Below, piece by piece: positions 17,395 through 20,210 of a DNA stretch of 20,210 nt (position 1 is the first letter of the stretch; the number at the start of each line of letters is the position of its first letter). This DNA comes from Pontiella sp. (lineage in GTDB: Bacteria; Verrucomicrobiota; Kiritimatiellia; Kiritimatiellales; Pontiellaceae): positions 1 to 20,210 of the forward strand of contig JBNKHE010000014.1 of NCBI GenBank assembly GCA_050290185.1, written 5' to 3'. A program made the translations under genes and the position numbers. The notes beneath the pieces were generated by a model that ran no database searches, was not told where the DNA came from, and saw nothing but the letters and a program-made list of their open reading frames with translations.

Positions 17395-18123
17395 CTATTT
17401 TTTTACTCCGCCATATCGCCGGTCCCGGTGGCTATAATCCGCCAGGGCGTCATAAAACTGCTCCTCACGGAAATCCGGCCAATACGTATCGGTAATGTAG
17501 AACTCGGAATAGGAAAGTTGCCACAATAAAAAGTTACTGAGTCGCAGTTCCCCGCTGGTGCGGATCATCAGTTCCGGATCGGGAATATCCGGCAGATAGA
17601 GGTGGTCGGCGATGGTCTGCTCGTCGATTTCCTTCGTTTTTAGTTCTCCGCTTTTGACCTTGGCTGCAATCTTTTTGGCCGCGTCGGCAATTTCCGTGCG
17701 CGATCCGTAGCTTAGCGCAATAATGAAGGTATGGTCGGTGTAGTGCGCGGTCGCATCGATGGTTTTCTGCAACCGCAGACGCACGGGCAGGGGCAGCCGT
17801 TCAAACTGGCCCATCACGAGCAGGCGGATATTGTTATCGTGCAGCTCCTGTTCATAGGTATTAAGCGAGCTGATCAGCAACTTCATCAACCCGTCAACCT
17901 CCTGCGGCGGACGCTTCCAGTTTTCGGTGCTGAAGGCATAGACCGTGATGAACTCCACGCCAGCCTTGGCCGCGGCGCGCAACACAGCGCGCACCGATTG
18001 CGCGCCCTCCTTGTGCCCCTCGATCCGCGAAAGCCCGCGCTCCTGCGCCCAGCGCCCGTTGCCATCCATGATGAGGGCCACGTGGCGCGGGATCTTTTCA
18101 AGGCTCTGGAGATCAACGCTCAT
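17395..18123 (-). CDS. uppS: Undecaprenyl diphosphate synthase (cis-prenyltransferase)
   Basis: HVALIMDGNGRWA, FSTENWKR, RTSGELRLSNF and RRYGG. Confidence 0.97.
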   Translation of the reverse strand: MSVDLQSLEKIPRHVALIMDGNGRWAQERGLSRIEGHKEGAQSVRAVLRAAAKAGVEFITVYAFSTENWKRPPQEVDGLMKLLISSLNTYEQELHDNNIRLLVMGQFERLPLPVRLRLQKTIDATAHYTDHTFIIALSYGSRTEIADAAKKIAAKVKSGELKTKEIDEQTIADHLYLPDIPDPELMIRTSGELRLSNFLLWQLSYSEFYITDTYWPDFREEQFYDALADYSHRDRRYGGVKK

Positions 18124-18135
18124 AGAATTTAATTA

Positions 18136-18222
18136 GACAGAATAATTGAGTGGCAGAATAATTCTTCCCGATCGGGTTTTTAAATCATTTTGCCACAAAA
18201 TCATTCTGCCTATCGTTCTGCC
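18136..18222. repeat. 16-bp-period GGCAGAAT/ATTCTGCC inverted repeat element
   Basis: GACAGAATAAT (18136) and GGCAGAATAAT (18152), central CCCGATCGGG palindrome (18167-18176), then ATCATTTTGCC (18184), ATCATTCTGCC (18200) and ATCGTTCTGCC (18212). Confidence 0.75.
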
Positions 18223-18253
18223 GCTGTTTAGCGTCATTCCGCGATTTCTGCGG

Positions 18254-19531
18254 TTATCTATCAAGAAGCAATGTGCTTGAGCGCTTGGGGCCGACGGAGA
18301 GGATCGAAACCTTCACGCCGGTCAACTCTTCGAGGTAGGCGACATATTTCTTCGCCTGCTCGGGCAGTTCGTCCCAGCTGGTGCACTCGGTGGTGGGGCA
18401 GTTCCAGCCTTGGAACTCCTCGTAGATCGGCTTGCAACGTTCCAGTCTGCGGATGCTGGCCGGCACGTTGGTGATCCGCTCGCCGTCCACTTCGTAGGCC
18501 ACGCAGACTTTAATGGTTTCCACGGCGTCGAGCACGTCGAGCTTCATCAGTGCCCATTCGTTGATCCCGCCGACCATGGCGGAATAGCGGGCTATAACGG
18601 CGTCGAACCAGCCGCAGCGGCGCGGGCGACCCGTGGTCGCTCCGAATTCATGGCCGACCTTGGCAATGTGCGCGCCCATGTCGTCATGCAGTTCGGTCGG
18701 GAAGGGGCCTTCGCCGACGCGGGTAGTGTAGGCCTTCACGATGCCGATTACGCGGTCGATCGCATTTGGCGGGACGCCGGAGCCGGCCGGGGCGCCTCCC
18801 GCTCCGGTGCTGGACGAAGTCACAAAGGGGTAGGTGCCGAAGTCGACGTCGAGCATCACGCCCTGTGCGCCTTCGAAGAGCATTTCGTCGTCGTTCTGCA
18901 CGGCTTCGTGCAGCAGCGGAATGGTGTCGCAAATGAACGGACGCAGGTAGTCGGCTGCCTCCTGGACCTGCGGCAAGAAGGTGTCGATGTCCAGCGGCTC
19001 GGCACCCATTGCAACGAGGATTGCGTTTTTCCTTTCCGCCTGTTCCTTGACCATGTCGAGGAAGTCGTTTTCGAGAATATCGCCGAGGCGAAGGCCGATT
19101 CGGTCGGCTTTGTCCATGTAGGCCGGGCCGATGCCGCGCTGGGTGGTCCCGATCTTCTTGCCGGAACCTGCTTTGCCTTCCTTCGCGCCGTCGACCATCT
19201 TGTGGTATTGCAGAACGATGTGGGCGCGGTCGGAAATGAAGAGGCGGCCGTCGAGCTTGATGCCGCGTTCGACCAGTTCCTTAAGTTCACCCATCAGGCC
19301 GACGATGTCGACCACCAAGCCATTGCCGATTACGCACTTGCACGTTTCGCGCAGGATGCCGGAAGGGGTGAGGTGGAGCACATATTTCTGATCGCCGATT
19401 TCGACCGTGTGTCCGGCGTTGTTGCCGCCTTGGTAGCGTACCACCCAGTCCGCGTTGGCGGTCAGTACGTCAATGATTTTTCCCTTGCCCTCGTCGCCCC
19501 ACTGCGACCCGATCAATACTGTCTTCGACAT
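18254..19531 (-). CDS. purA: Adenylosuccinate synthetase
   Basis: QWGDEGKGK, GGNNAGHT, IGTT.RGIGP, EGAQG, GTYPFVTSS and GATTGRPRRCGW. Confidence 0.98.
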   Translation of the reverse strand: MSKTVLIGSQWGDEGKGKIIDVLTANADWVVRYQGGNNAGHTVEIGDQKYVLHLTPSGILRETCKCVIGNGLVVDIVGLMGELKELVERGIKLDGRLFISDRAHIVLQYHKMVDGAKEGKAGSGKKIGTTQRGIGPAYMDKADRIGLRLGDILENDFLDMVKEQAERKNAILVAMGAEPLDIDTFLPQVQEAADYLRPFICDTIPLLHEAVQNDDEMLFEGAQGVMLDVDFGTYPFVTSSSTGAGGAPAGSGVPPNAIDRVIGIVKAYTTRVGEGPFPTELHDDMGAHIAKVGHEFGATTGRPRRCGWFDAVIARYSAMVGGINEWALMKLDVLDAVETIKVCVAYEVDGERITNVPASIRRLERCKPIYEEFQGWNCPTTECTSWDELPEQAKKYVAYLEELTGVKVSILSVGPKRSSTLLLDR

Positions 19532-19614
19532 GTCGTATCTTCTCCGGTTGTCGGTTTTGAACTGATCGGTTACCGGAAGATCCGCATCTGTCCGCCTTTT
19601 TTCAGATAACCACT

Positions 19615-19653
19615 AAAAAAGCCCGCTTTTCATAAGGGGGCTTATGAAGCGGG
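19615..19653 (-). terminator. Terminator-like hairpin in the purA upstream region
   Basis: Minus strand CCCGCT-TCATAAG-cccc-CTTATGA-aa-AGCGGG-c-TTTTTT. Confidence 0.7.
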
Positions 19654-19654
19654 G

Positions 19655-19683
19655 AACTTAGGGAAACCCGTCCCATGCGTCAA
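19655..19683 (-). promoter_or_regulatory. Putative sigma70-type promoter for purA
   Basis: Minus strand TTGACG (19683-19678), 17-nt spacer, TAAGTT (19660-19655). Confidence 0.55.
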
Positions 19684-19791
19684 GTTTGGAGCGTGGATAT
19701 TGAATGTTAGGGGTGATCTCCACGGAGTTTATGCGTTTAGGAATAAAAACTTGCTTGTGAGGCCGTAGCCTCGGAGAAGGCTAATGCTTTT

Positions 19792-19820
19792 ACCGCGTAA
19801 GGTCCACGCGCTGGTTCGAC
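19792..19820 (-). mobile_element. Truncated attC-like half-site (R''-spacer-L'')
   Basis: Minus strand GTCGAAC-cagcg-CGTGGACC-TTACGCGG has the 7+5+8 layout of an attC left half. No complementary right half follows. Confidence 0.5.
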
Positions 19821-19888
19821 CATCTTGTTTTTATCCGTATTTATTACTTCATGCCGAGCATGTCTTTATCTAGTTCCGCTGAGTATAT

Positions 19889-20014
19889 TTAGTTTTTCTC
19901 CTTTTCCAGGGCTGTTACAATTCGTTTAAGCGAGGTCATAGCTGACCAAGCAACGCACACGAAGTATATGACTGTCAGTACTTTGAGAATATTGAATATT
20001 GCGTTTGGTGACAT
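19889..20014 (-). CDS. Small 41-aa single-pass membrane peptide (probable cassette cargo)
   Basis: Manual translation MSPNAIFNILKVLTVIYFVCVAWSAMTSLKRIVTALEKEKN*, preceded by AAGGAAAGAGGAactc. Shorter than anything in the ORF track. Confidence 0.6.
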   Translation of the reverse strand: MSPNAIFNILKVLTVIYFVCVAWSAMTSLKRIVTALEKEKN

Positions 20015-20129
20015 GAGTTCCTCTTTCCTTATTTTTTGTTAGTCAAACCATGGGTGTTTGAACATATGAGTAGAATAACAGTTTGATTATATTTCGAAAT
20101 TATAACGTAAGTTGATGTTTATAGTCTCA

Positions 20130-20210
20130 TTCGAATGCGGCGCTCACCAACTTTCGGGTGGACGGTAGCAGGCGGAGCCTGCGGACGGCCAGCCGGAATG
20201 TTGGTGCAGC
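20130..20210 (-). mobile_element. attC-like recombination site (R'' would lie beyond the window end)
   Basis: Minus strand GCTGCACC-AAC...GTT-GGTGAGC-gccgc-ATTCGAA. The 8-nt L'' pairs with the 7-nt L' leaving one extra base; imperfect inner stem with GCAGGC/GCCTGC; 5-nt spacer; R'-like heptamer. Confidence 0.65.

Noticed and set aside
1884..18222. CRISPR array
   Set aside because: Repeat units are 7-24 nt, inverted or directly tandem, with no unique spacers of regular length and no cas genes.
18410..19609. Long alternative ORFs (18410..19609, 14624..15742, 8528..9541, 6584..7477, 7696..8286 and others)
   Set aside because: All lie antisense to well-supported genes and have no motifs; such ORFs are expected in GC-rich coding DNA.
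19737..19861. Tiny minus-strand ORFs (MLGMK*, MVEPARGPYAVK...)
   Set aside because: No convincing SD, and the longer one reads through the attC-like half-site.

Overview
GC-rich bacterial chromosomal window, mostly housekeeping. Gene content and repeat style suggest a PVC-group organism, possibly Kiritimatiellota (inference only). Order: 5' part of mfd (-); pyrB-argF-HAD-HAD-queE-queC-queD (+); a convergent run AlkP-like enzyme-dCMP deaminase-DUF3108-like-kdsB-kdsA-queF (-); queG, a membrane protein and a cation:proton antiporter-PTS EIIA fusion (+); then purA-uppS-cdsA-rseP and two hypothetical genes (-). Best signals: (1) the last ~420 bp look like the end of an integron-type cassette array, with an attC-like palindrome, an AT-rich segment carrying an uncalled 41-aa membrane peptide, and a truncated second attC-like half-site; (2) the ornithine carbamoyltransferase has SLRT/WMSYH/NCLP motifs that I recall from the Giardia-type enzyme; (3) the purA leader has a terminator-like hairpin overlapping the predicted start site; (4) several unrelated short periodic or palindromic repeats occupy intergenic gaps; (5) dxr and ispG are absent from the uppS-cdsA-rseP block.
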